Source: Euprymna scolopes
Taxonomy: Eukaryota
DNA: 64,000 nt
Assembly (NCBI GenBank): GCA_053919585.1
Contig: CM132803.1
Direction: 5' to 3' (one strand)
In this document: piece by piece, positions 39,101 to 53,220 of the stretch
Layout of the letters: each line of letters starts with the position of its first letter
Position numbering within the stretch: the stretch's first letter is position 1
Notes under the pieces: model-generated
What the model saw: the letters and a program-made list of their open reading frames with translations, nothing else
Databases searched by the model: none
Told to the model about the DNA's origin: nothing
Made by a program: the position numbers and the translations under genes

Positions 39101-40355
39101 CTCATCATGCCTCACAGACTCCCAGCCTTCCTTGAATCTCTTATGCCACTCAAAAACTGATGCTTGATGCATGCAAGATGATCCAAAAGTAGTCTGAAGC
39201 ATTCCATATGAATCTGTGGCATTTTTTTTCCAAGTTAAAAAAAGAATCTTATTGCATATCATTCTTCTCAAATGTCCTCATGTATAGATTAGATTTTTGA
39301 AATCCACTAGCTGTGACAATAAGGCTTTAGTGGAGTGTATTCCAATTCCTGCTGTTACTATTTATTTGAACCTGAAATCATGAAAATAGGTCAGTCATTT
39401 CACAGGATGTATAACAATAGTGTACTGTATTTTCAAGAGTCTACAACAATTTTAAATGCCTGTACAAAAAAGTCTGGAAACTTATTGAAGGCAATTTGTA
39501 AAATTTAATCTGGAAAATTTCTTTTTAACTAACATTTGTGCATTTTTCTTTTTACTGGGATTACTTCAATTCATTTTTATCTTTCGTTGTACTCATGAAA
39601 GGAAATCCGAGGTGCAACTGGTGGCAAGAGACATGAAGACAGAAACTGCATGGGTCCTGCATGTCACCCTGACATGGAACCCTCCTCTCGATCAGACCAA
39701 GATGATCCCTATGCTGAAAGATATGCAAACCACTGTCAAAATGTATCAGGTTAGTTCTTTCTTGTGGCGTACCATGACAATATAAGATAAAGAATTTTTA
39801 AAAAATTTATTTTTGAGAATAAATTTTGCAAAATAAATTAATGGAGGATTATTTTATTTTGCTCATTCTGGTTTTTAATGTGAAGTTGAAATTGAGTCAT
39901 TTATACAACTATTTTATTTTGCATTCATTTCAGCATCTGACACATCTGATTACTATGAACCACACTCATCAGAGAATATTCATGAGGAATACACAGATAT
40001 GAAACCTTCTATGCAAACATTCATGTCTCCTGGAGATACAAGAACTCTTCCAAGACGGATGTATAAGGCAGATGCTGACCCTAACTCTGACTACAGGCAG
40101 TGGGGTAGTCTGAAGAAGACTGCAGTGGATAGATACACTTCTGACACGCAGTTACAACTGAACAATGCAGAGGCAGACAATGTTACATGTGAGCCTCAAC
40201 AAGAACAAGTACAAAGCACATTGGAAGAAGCAGACGAACCAGTAGAAAAAGAGGAAGAAGAAAAAAATGCTACACACACTTTACCCAATGATGTGGATGT
40301 TCAGCAAAATTCCCCTCTCGAAATACCTCACACAATACATTCAACGCAAACTTGA
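36107..40355 (+). CDS. Pcdh: Protocadherin Pcdh-3, join(36107..38536,39602..39749,39934..40355), about 999 aa
   Basis: Signal peptide, 6 EC, TM; acceptor ttcag|36099; frame-preserving junctions. Confidence 0.93.
38572..39500 (-). mobile_element. Internally deleted mariner element in intron 2 of Pcdh-3
   Basis: TIR cores tttccagactttttt / aaaaaagtctggaaa. Transposase N-terminus (ASVFEWHKRFKEG) and C-terminus (PPYTLNFTPCDFWFF...GDYFEGD*, degenerate YSPDLAPCD) are present; the central catalytic region is missing. Confidence 0.9.
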
Positions 40356-41954
40356 AAAAAAAATCAAACCCCATTTAATTTAAACGAAAATTAGATTGAA
40401 ATATAAAGTTCATAATTTTAATTTGTTTTTATTAATTATAGAAAATTTAAAAAAACTATATTTTGTTAATAAAATAAACTATCCAAATATCAAGTATTTA
40501 AATACTAAAATGCAAACAAAATTATTTAGAAAATAAAAACAAGAGCTCCCAAAGAATCTTCATTTATCAATATCAATTGATTTCATTTTTATAAATAGAA
40601 AACAAAAAATCAATAAGATTATTATAGAGAACATTTGCAAATGGATAAGTAACAAATTTGATGCAAATATTGATTATGAAAACAGTTTTACTTCAGAATT
40701 CTCTTGTAATCATTTATGCATATATTTACAAAAGGAAAAAAGTATAAAATGAAAAGTAAAGGTGCAACATTGATTTTTCAACATCCTTCGTTCCACAGCC
40801 TCACTGTATTAAGCGTTTTGCTGGGCTATCTAATTTCACTGTAATAATAAATCAACAACACACCCCTAACACACTATTTAAACACCTACCATATCTCTAA
40901 ACCACCAGAAATTTCTAGAAACGGAAACTTTTTCTTTGATGGAAATAAACTAGTGTTTACGTTTAACACCACAGTAACAATTTGAATTTGTCTGTGAACC
41001 TATAACTAGATTTAAATTTAAGCAAAATAAAATCTTAAAATCAAGGGTGACTACCACCAGCAGGTAGAGAGTAACCAAACAAATTAATGGCATACTACAT
41101 GTAGAGTCATCAGTTGACCACTTAGTAAGCTAGTAAGCTTAATTGAAACTCAAATCTAATTTATTATGTAAAGTATGTTATTTTCATCATAACTATTGTT
41201 AGCTTTAGGAAAACTAGAACCCCCCCACCAAAAAAAAAAAAAAAAAAAAAAATATCATATCAGAAATATTAATAAACATGTTCTTTGATTATTGTCAACT
41301 AGCTGTATTTGGAGACATATTAAAGGGTAGAGGACTTAACTGAAAAATAATTCAAAATATAGTCATGTTTAAAATTTGAAGAACCTTATTTTATGGTTGA
41401 TTTCAATAAATATTTGATTAATAATAAATAAAAACATAATTAAAGTAATAATGATCCAAGTTACAAAAAAGGCAAGAATCACACCCTAAACACACAAGAT
41501 GTGGCATAATAGTTAGGTTACATAGATAAAATAAAACAATAAAATGTAGCCATAGAAAATATAAAATTGAAATATTACTGAATTCTTAACACAATACAAT
41601 TTAATAATGAAACAAATCCTGCTTATTAAAACTTGAAAAATTTTCAGATTTGGTTTTCATTAGTGATTGTAATATAAAATAGATTTATAAAGTAAACAAT
41701 TTTGACATTAAAGTTTAGCAGATTAAATTATATATAGATATTTTAACATTTAACTTATAAAAAAAAAATAAAAAAAAACATGAAACAAAGAAAGCACATT
41801 TTTCTATGGCAGCTTTTTTTGTTCTGTTTCAATTATTCTTTCTAAATATTCAATGTCATTTTGGTCTTTTTTACAGTTCCCAAATATTTAGACAATTAAA
41901 TAAGAATTAGATTAAGTGTAAACAAAAATTCACTCTCTTGGTAATGAAAGAAAA

Positions 41955-42092
41955 AAATACCTTTTTAATATTGTGATTTTTTGTGCTTTGTCAGTTGGCT
42001 CTAGACGCCATGATGCATAGAACAGACTTAATCGGACAGTGGCTTTCCTTCTCCTTCATATATGCACTCTCCCACATCCACACATTAAACAT

Positions 42093-42160
<68 letters not shown>

Positions 42161-42302
42161 ATACCTTAATGTACACGTGTGTGTGTATCACCAGAGATGA
42201 ACAATGTGTTCACATAATAGTAGCAGCAGCAGATGTGTACACTCAAATACATACACATCTTTTCTCGTCACACAGTTTTGCTTCATTCATACAACATTGC
42301 AG
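41955..42302 (+). promoter_or_regulatory. Putative promoter and non-coding exon 1 of Pcdh-4 (donor after 42302), with expanded (CA)n
   Basis: Paralog of 1241-1554; ends CAACATTGCAG|GTTAGT. Confidence 0.72.
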
Positions 42303-43949
42303 GTTAGTTTTCAATTTTCTTTTTTCTGTCATTTTAATCTTTCTTTCAAGTTCATTATTTTGTGTTGCATTAACAAAGACAAACATAGCTTCATTGAAAA
42401 CATGAACAGTCTTTTTTTTTTTTGCTAAAAACTGCATATCTCTCATAGAGAGAAAATCTGAGTCATGCATTGAGTACATTCTTTTGTGTTTCATAAATTA
42501 TTTCCATGTTATAAAAATATTTTTCTTTATTCCACTTGAAATCTCTTTGTAAAACTTTTCTTCTACATTTTATTATTTAAACCTTGAAGTTTAGAAATTA
42601 GAAGGCTTGTATTAATTTATTCTTATATTTGTGAGCATAATGTTTTCCATTTTATTTTAATGTCAGCTTCTATTGAATTTGACTTAGTACAATGGTTTTA
42701 ATAAATTTGAAGACCGTCAAAAAGCCATACTTCCTCATATTTTATAAAAATGGATGAACTCAGTTAGTTGTTTCATGCATACATGATTTATTCTAAACAT
42801 TTTTATTTGATAAGGCACAGATTGTTAAATGTACAATCTTTTTTATTTTGTTTAGTTGGTACATGGATTCAATAAAAACTATCCTCAGTTAATACATATC
42901 AAACCTGATTATTATTTAATAATAAATAAACATATAAGAATACATAGTATTAATATATAATGATAAAAAAGATCAAAATTATAATTTAAGTTGTGTCCTT
43001 TTCATGTTCAATTATTTTTGTTTGATCGTTAATACAAATGTTGATAACATTTAATTTTATTAAAATCTGAACAAGTTTTTCCGTCATGTTTCTTAGGTCA
43101 TAGCTGTTTGACTGTAATAGCATTATAATCTTCCAATATTGAAACACATTAAATATAAAAGTTAGATTTTCATTTTTCCATTCTATTTCTACCATTATTT
43201 TAGTATTTTACATCAACAAAAATTATGATATTATTAAAGAAAACAATCTTCTGCATAGGATTGCATTCTTAAAAACACAAACTTGTAACAAAATAAATAT
43301 AAATTTAAAAAACATGTTCTCAAAAACTGACATTAAAATTAAAATACATAAAAAATTAGAAATGGAGAAATCATTTTTTCATAGGGGTTGATTAAACATC
43401 TTTTTATATCAATTTAAATCAACTGCTAGATGATTAAAGCCATTTTTATACAAACATGTAATTATTATTATTATTATAAACAAATACAATCTCAATGGCA
43501 TAGGCAAATAGGTTAGGTTTTTTAATTCTTAAACCACTTACAAAATAATAGATAAAAATTACTCGTTTTTACATAGTTCAAGAAATACAAATTAGATTAC
43601 TAAAATCTAATATTTGAGCTGAAAAAAGTTTGAGCGACAAAATAAAATTTTTTATTAGTAGTAAACAAAAACAAATGGATAATAAATATTATGTATCATA
43701 AGTTTTGAGATGAAGATTAATAATTTATATACAAAGTTCCATCAGTCAAAATGTTAAAATAACAACTAAGATAAAACTGTAGGCTGAGTAATTCAAAATA
43801 AACCTTTAATTCGATAAAAAATTTGACAGTTTATAAATATTATTAAATAGAAAAAAAAAATAGTTAAAAGTTCATAATTGGCTAATATAATTGATGTTTC
43901 CGACACTGAGATTTTCCTCTGTGTATATTATATCTAAAGGGTTCAAAAG

Positions 43950-44390
43950 ACAATCACCAACCTAATAGGTCCCGAACTGTCAGCTAGACTTCAGCCACTG
44001 TCCCATTGACGAAATGTTGCATCTCTCTGCCTGTTTTACAAGTATTTTAATGGTATATGCTCCGACAAAGTACAACCCCTTGTACCCCTTGAACATAAAT
44101 ACCCCCAACAAACCCAACAAGCAGCAAAATACCACCCCTATAGAGTAGAGATACCAAATGCCAGAAAGCCTTCTACTCTAATAGTTTCTACTCCAGAACT
44201 GCTAGACTTTGTAATTCCCTTCCAGGTTCCTGCTTCCCCAACTGTACTGACATGGAGAAGTTCAAGTGTAGTGTAAACAGACATCTTGCTGCTCAACTCC
44301 CTACATATTATCCCGGCAACCATGTTCCAGATAGCATAGTATCAAGCTACATCAAAGTGGCACCATGCCTTGTTTGGGGTGAAAATGCAA
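43950..44390 (+). mobile_element. LINE 3'-end fragment (CR1/L2-like)
   Basis: Translates to FYSRTARLCNSLP...KFKCSVNRHL, typical of a LINE ORF2 C-terminus, followed by an A-rich tail. Confidence 0.6.
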
Positions 44391-45181
44391 TAAAAATAAA
44401 AATAAAATATAATTTGATGTTATGTTGCTCAAAAGCTTTGGACAATTAATAAGATACACAGAATTGAATATATTGCATAAAAAAATCAATACTTATGTCC
44501 CCTCCATGTTAAATATATAACACTTATGTTCATTTATCCATTTTCTCAATATTGGGATAATATTTGAAATATGTAATAATATTGTTTTTCAGACTAAGTA
44601 AGGAATCAAAAATACAATTAAAAAAATTGAAAATTACTTTACATGAATAGTATTAGATGTTCTTGTTTTCAAAATAAGAATAAAATAGAAGTAAGAAATA
44701 CTTAGAGTGCAGAAGATTTATTGCTTATTGTCTGTTCTTGGAGTAGTTTCATTTTATTTAATTAATAATGAAGTATTATCTAACTCTTGATTTAACAAGA
44801 GTTAAAATAAAATTCCTTTCAACTCAATTAATTTCTTATAAATAACTTCAGAATTTTTGAGATGAGAATCGATTTGTATTATTTGCACTACTTCTTTCAT
44901 CTTGGATGTTATTCTCACAATATTTTGGCCAATGTAATCGATGACCTTTTTCGGGCACATATCAAGAAGGTAGGAAGTTACAACAGTCGTGAGAATAGTC
45001 TGAATAATCCAAAATATATAAAAAAATTCTTGATGTAAAAAAAAAAAAAAGAAAGAAAGAATTACTAAATAGAAAAATATTAGTCTCTTAAAACCCATAA
45101 AGTAATATTACCTTTCATTTCAGGCATACAAGAATTTTGAATAAAGTAAAGCATTGAAATCTGGAATACCTGAATGTGATT

Positions 45182-48100
45182 ATGAAAATATCAGCATTAA
45201 TATTCTTGTGTTTCATCAAACTGTGCTGCAGTGCTGACCTGACATACAGTGTAGATGAGAGCAAGAGTCCAGGCACCTACCTGGGAGACATTGCTGCTGA
45301 CTCCCACATCATGGATGATGTCCCTTTGGAAAATCGGCGACTAATCACTTTCAACCAACTGCGACAAGGAAATGCAGGCACATTACAGTTGTTTCATGTC
45401 TCCAAGAAAAAAGGCAAACTCTTTACTGCCCAAACTCTCGATGCTGAATCAATGTGTAAGCGTGACATTGAGTGTTTTCAAATGGTTGATGTGGCTGTGA
45501 GGGAAGGAAAAACGTTTATGAAAATTATAAAGATTAAAGTCATAATAAATGATGTCAATGATAATCAACCTGAATTTCCAGAGAAAGAAATTGATTTACA
45601 CTTTTCTGAAGGAGTTAGTAAAGGATTCAAAAAACCCATTCCGAATGCCATTGACAAAGACGTTAGTGCTATTAATTCCAAAATAACTTATGAACTAAAG
45701 AAGAACAAAAATGACCCATTTTCTCTTGTTGTACAAAAGATTCCATTTGGAGCACCAAAACTTAGTATTTCTGTTGAAGAAAAGTTAGACCGTGAAAGTA
45801 AAGATTTTTACTCAATACAAGTTATAAGCAAAGATGGCGGATCACCGGCAAAGCAAAGCGTTTTAAATGTAAACATAATTATTGAAGACATGAATGATAA
45901 TGCACCAATGTTTAGCAAAGACATTTATAACATTTCAATAATGAACAAAGATTATGGAAATGTACCAATCGTAGAATTGACGGCACATGATTTAGACGAT
46001 GGAGAAAATGGAAAAGTTTCATATTATTACCAATCACAAACGTCTGACGAAATCAAAAAGTTTTTTGAGTTGGATAAAGAAACAGGGAAAATATATCTTA
46101 AAGAAAAGTTACCTCAAAATCCAGAATCTGTCTATAAGTTATTTGTTAGTGCAGAAGATGGCGGGGAATCGACACTTAGTGGTTATGCTGGAGTTCTTGT
46201 GAATGTTGTTAACACTCGAAATCGACCACCAAATATATTTGTTACATTCATGTCTGAAGCTACAGATAACACAGCTACAATTTTAGAAGATGTTGAAATT
46301 GGTAGTTTTATTGCTTATGTTAAAGTGACTGACCCTGATGCTGGACAAAATGGACAGGTTAATTGTGAGTTGCACCATGATAAATTTCGTTTACAAAAAC
46401 TAAGATCCAAAGAATACAAAGTGACATTGAAACACAAAGTTGACAGAGAAATGCAAGAGCACCATGATGTTACAATCAGCTGCAAAGATGAAGGATCTCC
46501 TCCACAACACAGTGATAGCAAGTTCTCCATCAAAGTCAAAGATGTCAATGATGTAAGACCACAATTTACAAAAGATACATTTAAATTCTCTGTGTTTGAG
46601 AATGAAAGTCCAAAGACGTCAGTTGGTTCTATCAATGCCACTGATCCTGATCTGGGAGCTGGCAGTAGACTCACATATTCTTTGCTTACGAAAAATGAAG
46701 ACTTCCTACCTTTCAAGATAACCAGTGATGGCTTGATTTCAACAATCATGTCTCTTGACCATGAGTTCAAAGACATTTATAAATTCAACGTTTTAGTGAA
46801 AGATAATGGAAACCCTCCACTTGATAATAGCGTCAATGTCATTGTGCAGATTGAAGATAAAAATGATAATGCTCCATATTTTACCTTTCCCAGTGTGAAT
46901 CCTTTCAATCTCGATGTCAAATATCATCCACATCATACAAAGAACATCACTCTTCTCAAGGCTGCCGACAGTGACAGTCAAGAGAATGCATTTCTCAAAT
47001 ATGAAATAACTGCAGGCAACGATAAACAGTTGTTTGCCATCAATCATTATACTGGATTGTTGTCTTTCACTCGCTTACTTGGCCATCAAGATGCTGGCTC
47101 CTATCACCTGCAGTTTATGGTCAAGGATAGTGGTAGTCCAGTTTTATCTGCAAAGACATCAGTCTTTTTGACATTGACAGTTAGTAACAATACCGCAGAT
47201 ATCTTAAATGCTGCCTATACGCACACTGATATCAAGATCCACCAGTATTTACTCATTGTCATTGTGTTGGTTGCAGTCACCGTTGCTATACCAATTACTG
47301 CTGCAATTTCCATCTGCATCCTTCGTTGCATTGATACCAGAAGTGTTGCACAAGCACATCCATTGGCTGACTCTTCCAGCAAATATTATCCCGAACAGGC
47401 ACATGCAATGCATCCGTCTTACCAGACTACTTATTGGTCTGGTGTGTCTGTTGCTGTGCGAGCAGAACAAGATGTGCTTTGTAGAACTCTACCGGGAAGA
47501 GGCAGAAGGCCACAACATCGTGCAGATGTCACAAATGATGGACGTAGAAGTTCGACTCTTGGAATTAAAGTGCAGACGGCTACTGAGGTCATCTATGAAG
47601 TAAGTATTTAATTTAGTATAATACTGAACAATAATATCACTTTTAGTTTCATTATTCCTTTAAAATTGCATTAGAGTGACATTTTAAAAAATAAATATTC
47701 ATATCCTTTGCATGGAACTATACATGGCCAAAGTGTACTCAATTTTCATATCCATAACAAGTGGAAAGAAAAGAGTGAAATTATTTTCATATTCATAATC
47801 ATTTTATGCCTTGGCAATTTAAGCATAATAAATGATTTTATTATTTATTTTTATACTATAATAAATTTGAATAGATAATTTTTTTTTCTAAGTTATCCTT
47901 CTTATTTCAAATGTTTAACTTATATTTTTATGTTTATAAACCAACTATAAAATCATTATTGAAGTAATTTTTACTATAAAATATTTTTGATACTTTTATT
48001 GAATATTCATTCAGTTTGTTTTGTCATAGTAGTAGTTTTAATAAAATGCATAGATTGTTTCATCTTGTATTAATTATTCAATAAAGGAAATTCGAGGTGC

Positions 48101-49105
48101 AACTGGCGGTAAAAGACATGAAGATAGAAACTGTATGGGTTCTGCATGTCATCCTGACATGGAACCATCTTTTCAAGCGGATGAAGATGATCCCTATGCT
48201 GAAAGATATGCAAATCATTGTCAAAATATCTCAAAACGTAAGCCTCATTACTTTTTAAAAAAAATAAATATTTGACAATTATCAGCTTTTTATAATAAGC
48301 AGAGAAAAGCGTTAAATGAAGAATTTTTACAGAAAATATAGTTAACCAAATGGTGAAAATAAATTTCTTAATAATTTCTTCTTTTGGTGAATTACTAAAT
48401 TCTTTCCTATCCATTGTTAAACTAATTTTTTTTAAAAACTTTTTTTCCCCAATTAATTAAAGATACTAATAGGAAATTATCTGATGCATCAAAGTGAAGT
48501 ATCAGATTTTAGCCTTTTATCTATAAGGAAGTGATGTAAATTATTATACAACAGAATTGAGCATTTAATGACAAGAAAATATACATGTTTACTAACTTGA
48601 AACAATGTATTTTTTAAGTATTTCTTTATACTGCATTGTTGTATAAAGAACTTACATATTATTTATGACTATGTTTACATTTTCTAAAAACGTTTTTACA
48701 GATAATGAAACCTCTGATTACTATGAACCACATTCAACAGAGAATATCCAAGAGGAATACACAGATATGAAACCTTCATTACAAACATTCATGTCTCCTG
48801 GAGATACAAGGACTCTTCCAAGACGGATGTATAAGGCAGATGCTGACCCTGATTATAGACAATGGTCTACCCTTAAGCGGAATGCAGTGGATAGATGTAC
48901 TTCTGACACGCAGTTACAGCTGAACAATGTAGAGGCAGACAATGTTACGTGTGAACCTCAACAAGAACAAACAGTAGTAGAAGAACCAACAGAGAAAGAA
49001 GAACAAGAAGCAATAGAAGAGACACAAAACATTTCTTATTCACAAAATCTTGAACATGATTCTTTACCAGAATCACCAAAATCTAACCATTCCCATCACA
49101 CATGA
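45182..49105 (+). CDS. Pcdh: Protocadherin Pcdh-4, join(45182..47599,48087..48237,48702..49105), about 990 aa
   Basis: Signal peptide, 6 EC, TM; acceptor tttcag|45124; frame-preserving junctions. Confidence 0.92.
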
Positions 49106-49674
49106 ATATGCAAAACACTAGGCAAATTCGCATAATTAACACAATTGTATATACTGCATTTTCAAATAGAATAAAAATGGCCAATTTAGTAAATAAGTAA
49201 ACAATTAAAACAATACTTTTAAATAGATATTAAAAATAAAAAATTCAATTTAGACTGCATAAAGATGAAGTGGATATAATATTTCTTACGAAAGGCATGT
49301 TAAATTAGTATAAATCTGAAAATGTAAAACTTAATATGTATGACACAATTAAGTATCAAAAACATCATAATATAATTCTCAGTCTTTTTATTTGAATTTT
49401 GCAGATTTGAGAAAATATTAAAATTTTATCAGTACTTCTCAATTTAATTGCTTTCTAAAATAATTATTTGAATTTTTTTAAATTCAGTTCAATTCTAGTC
49501 ATGAAATAAAAAAATAGACCACTAGTATGAAATAGAAATAAAATTTACACACAACTATTAATAAAAGAATGCTTGAATCCAATTTGTTCTTTAATCACAT
49601 TTAAATTTATACATCTTTTATGAAAACTGAATAAGAACTGAAAAGAAGAATATATTGAATTTATGAACGATGAG

Positions 49675-50000
49675 AATACTTGCCTTTCTTTTCATTGTAA
49701 TTTTTGGTGCTTTGTCAGAGTCAGTGACTCCAGCCGCCATGATGCATAGGGCAGACATGATAGGACTATTCTGGATTTCTTTCTTTCACTACAACATATG
49801 CACCCTCTCCTACATTTACACATATGCAAACACACAATTAATATCACTGACACATACACATGCACATATGTGTGTGTGTGGAAAAAAGGAGGCTAACATT
49901 GTGTTCATATAATAGCAGCAGCAGTAGCAGCCAGGCTGTACACCAGGGCACACACATCTTTTTCATTCTACCTTAGTGCTTCATCAATACAACATTGCAG
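49675..50000 (+). promoter_or_regulatory. Putative promoter and non-coding exon 1 of Pcdh-5 (donor after 50000)
   Basis: Paralog of 1241-1554; ends CAACATTGCAG|GTTAGT; starts only ~570 bp after the Pcdh-4 stop. Confidence 0.75.
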
Positions 50001-53000
50001 GTTAGTATTCAATTCTAATTTCATTTCATTTCAATTGAATTAAATCTTTTTATTTTTTTGTCAATTGTTTTATATTATTGTAGATTAACAAAGATAAAAA
50101 CAAAGATTAATTATAATTTACTTAATTGATAAGAAAATAGTACATCCTAAAATCTATTATGATACCCTCTCCATCATTTTTCTCACTCAGTATTTGAGTC
50201 ATGCATTTTATATGTTATTTTGATAGTCATTTTTTTTTTTACAAATATATTAAAAAAATAAAGATACATACAAATAGCTTATACTAATTGTTTTATTTTA
50301 TAATTTATACTACAAAAATTTTTTTTTATTAACTTTTATTCTGTTGTCATATATGGGAAGAATCTTATATGTAGCTAATATAATATATATATATATATGC
50401 ATGAAAATGATTTTACAATTTTAATTTTTAATTTTATCATAAATAATGCTCTAAAATGTACATGTACATATTTCATATATATATATATTTGTGTAAAATA
50501 TGTTATCCTTAAAGTTTATTTGTATATTTTTTTAAACAATCTCTGCATTGTGTTATGGATCGTAGACGAACTCACTAATATAATAGAGAAGGTATCACTT
50601 TAAGAGTTTTCAAAATAAATTACTATTGTTTACAAAATAAATGCAAACCGAATGTAAGATTAAACTATGTAAGTTAAAATAGAATTTAAACTATTCAGAT
50701 TTATGAAGTATTGATATATGAAATTTTAACTTTAAAGCAGTTTGCAAATATCAGGAGACATAAAATCGTTTTAATAATCTACAAACTCTTATGTTTGTAT
50801 TATTTAATCAACATTATTTTTATGTTGACAATTCCATTAATAAAACAAGATAATACATTATGGGCATTTAGATTTGAATTTGAGCTGAAGAAAATGAGAA
50901 CACTTCAAATGGGAAATGAATTAAATTGATAAAGTCTGTAAAGTAGAATTATGTTGAGAAAATAATCAAGTAACTATAAAACAAAGTTTTCAAAAAATAC
51001 ATATTAATATTTACATTTGAATAAAAAAAAAATCACAAAAGTTTATAGACCACAAGGTATTAATATCAAAGAACAATATTTAATTAAATAAATTTCCATT
51101 GCAAAAAGAAGAGAAGTTCAACCACATTATATTAGTTTTGTAAGAGAAATAACTTGCAAAAACGTTATGGCCAATTTTTATCATACAACAGAAAAAAATC
51201 ATTATGAATATATCATAAAACATTAATGCATCTCTTACCAAAAATCACCATCATATAAATAATTACATAAAACTGATTTATAAAAGTGACTATATTTTAC
51301 TGAGATTTCAACCTGTAACATTGGATTAAGTAATTCATTATGACTGTTATGCTAATTTTTAAAAATAAATTTATTAATATAAAACTTTATTAAATCCAAT
51401 ATATAAAATTTAGTCAGTTGGATTTTCCAAGTTAGACCTAAATAGCAAGACATCTTACAAATTGATATTTAATTCTGCCTATTTCATGAAATACAAAAAT
51501 TTTATTTTAAGTTTGTGTTTTATATTCAATCCTTCCTAATACATCTTTCAGTTCTATGAACTGAGAGAGATCCATCGTTTGTTACAAATGAAAAATTCAA
51601 AATGGCATCTAGATTCATTGGGTGCATAGTTATTCAAACATTTAGTTTCCTCTCCAAAGTGCACACCAATTTCCCGTAACAGTCATTTATTATTTGAAAT
51701 GAGAAAGCAAACAAAAACATTATTCAACATACACATGAATACATTTAATATTCACAACTTTATTCATAATTCAAACATAAATTTCTTTTAAAACAATTTA
51801 AGACAATTAGTAAACCATTTGGCCGCACAGTATCGCATGCTTTAATAAATACTAAGAAAATAGAACACTTACAAGATTTAAAAAACAAAATTAAAACATA
51901 GCATATTCAAAAGTAAAAAAAAAACAAACAGAAAAAACAAAAGTGAAATAAAATTTTACAAATCTTTCAAAGCCATTCAATTAAGGGAAAATAAAATTAT
52001 GATAAATTACACTTTTAATAACATCCAAAATGGATGCAAACATCAAATTTTTATTTTATTTGTTGAATCATAGACATATTAAGTATTTTCGAAAATGTTT
52101 ATTCCTTTAAATCATTTATGTATCTATTCTCCAAAGAATGGATTGTTTATAGTTATGAAGCATCAAAATTTGGCAAGAATAATTGAACTGAAAAATTTCT
52201 TGAAAAATATGAATGTTAATATTTTTATTTTGATCAATTCTTTTCTAGATCTGAAAAATATTGCTGTTAAAAAGATGTTTTTTTAAAAAAATAATTTAAC
52301 TTGGTCCTAGAACTAAGATTATATTTGTATTACTATTTACAGATGTTGTTACCTTTTATTTAAAGCTTATTTACTTGTAAAACTACTTATTGTTATCATA
52401 AGCAAAATATGTGAGAAATAAAACACATTGTAAAGCAAATAAATATTTCTGAACAAATATTTTCATTATCAACTTTAAACTTAAAAACAAAAATACCAGC
52501 ATAAAAAAACTTTCTATACATTTATTTAATTAAGTAATTCAATATGACCACTGTTAGGCTAATTTTTTAAAAATAGATAGATTTCATCTTGGTTTAATAA
52601 TAATAGAATGTTTCTTATTTAGTTGATGTAATATTTATTTAGTTTCAATTAGATATTCAGATCATCAACATTGTAAGTCATTTGTTTTCAAAGTAATTCA
52701 AAGTTGAACTCTATGGTGAATATTTATATTAAACAAGCTGTACTTATCAGCATTGCCCGGGAATAAAAGAAAAAAAAAATGATTGATTTGTAAGCATTTT
52801 ATTTTGTGAAACAAGAATTTTTTCTTTTAAGTTTGTTTTAGTATTTGACGTTAATTCATTATTAGTAAAGAGCAAATAATTATGTATTTTGATGTAGAAA
52901 CTTCATTTAATTTTTAAAAATATAACATGTTTTTAGATATTAATTTTTGTAGAAGTCAAAGGAAAATAATTCATGGCTAATGGCATTACTTCCCTTTAAT

Positions 53001-53220
53001 GCATAATCCAGTGAGTATGGGAAAAATATTAACTGGAACTGGCTTCTTCAGACTGATTGCTATTTGAGTTTTACTTCGAAAATCTATCAAGAAAAAAAAT
53101 CATATGTTATAATTGTCAGCCTCTAATTTAATTCTAATTTTTAATTTCAGGAGTGTTGGAAGATCTGAAGAAGTACATTTATGATTAATAAATTCAGAAT
53201 TATAAAAAATACTTCACAGA

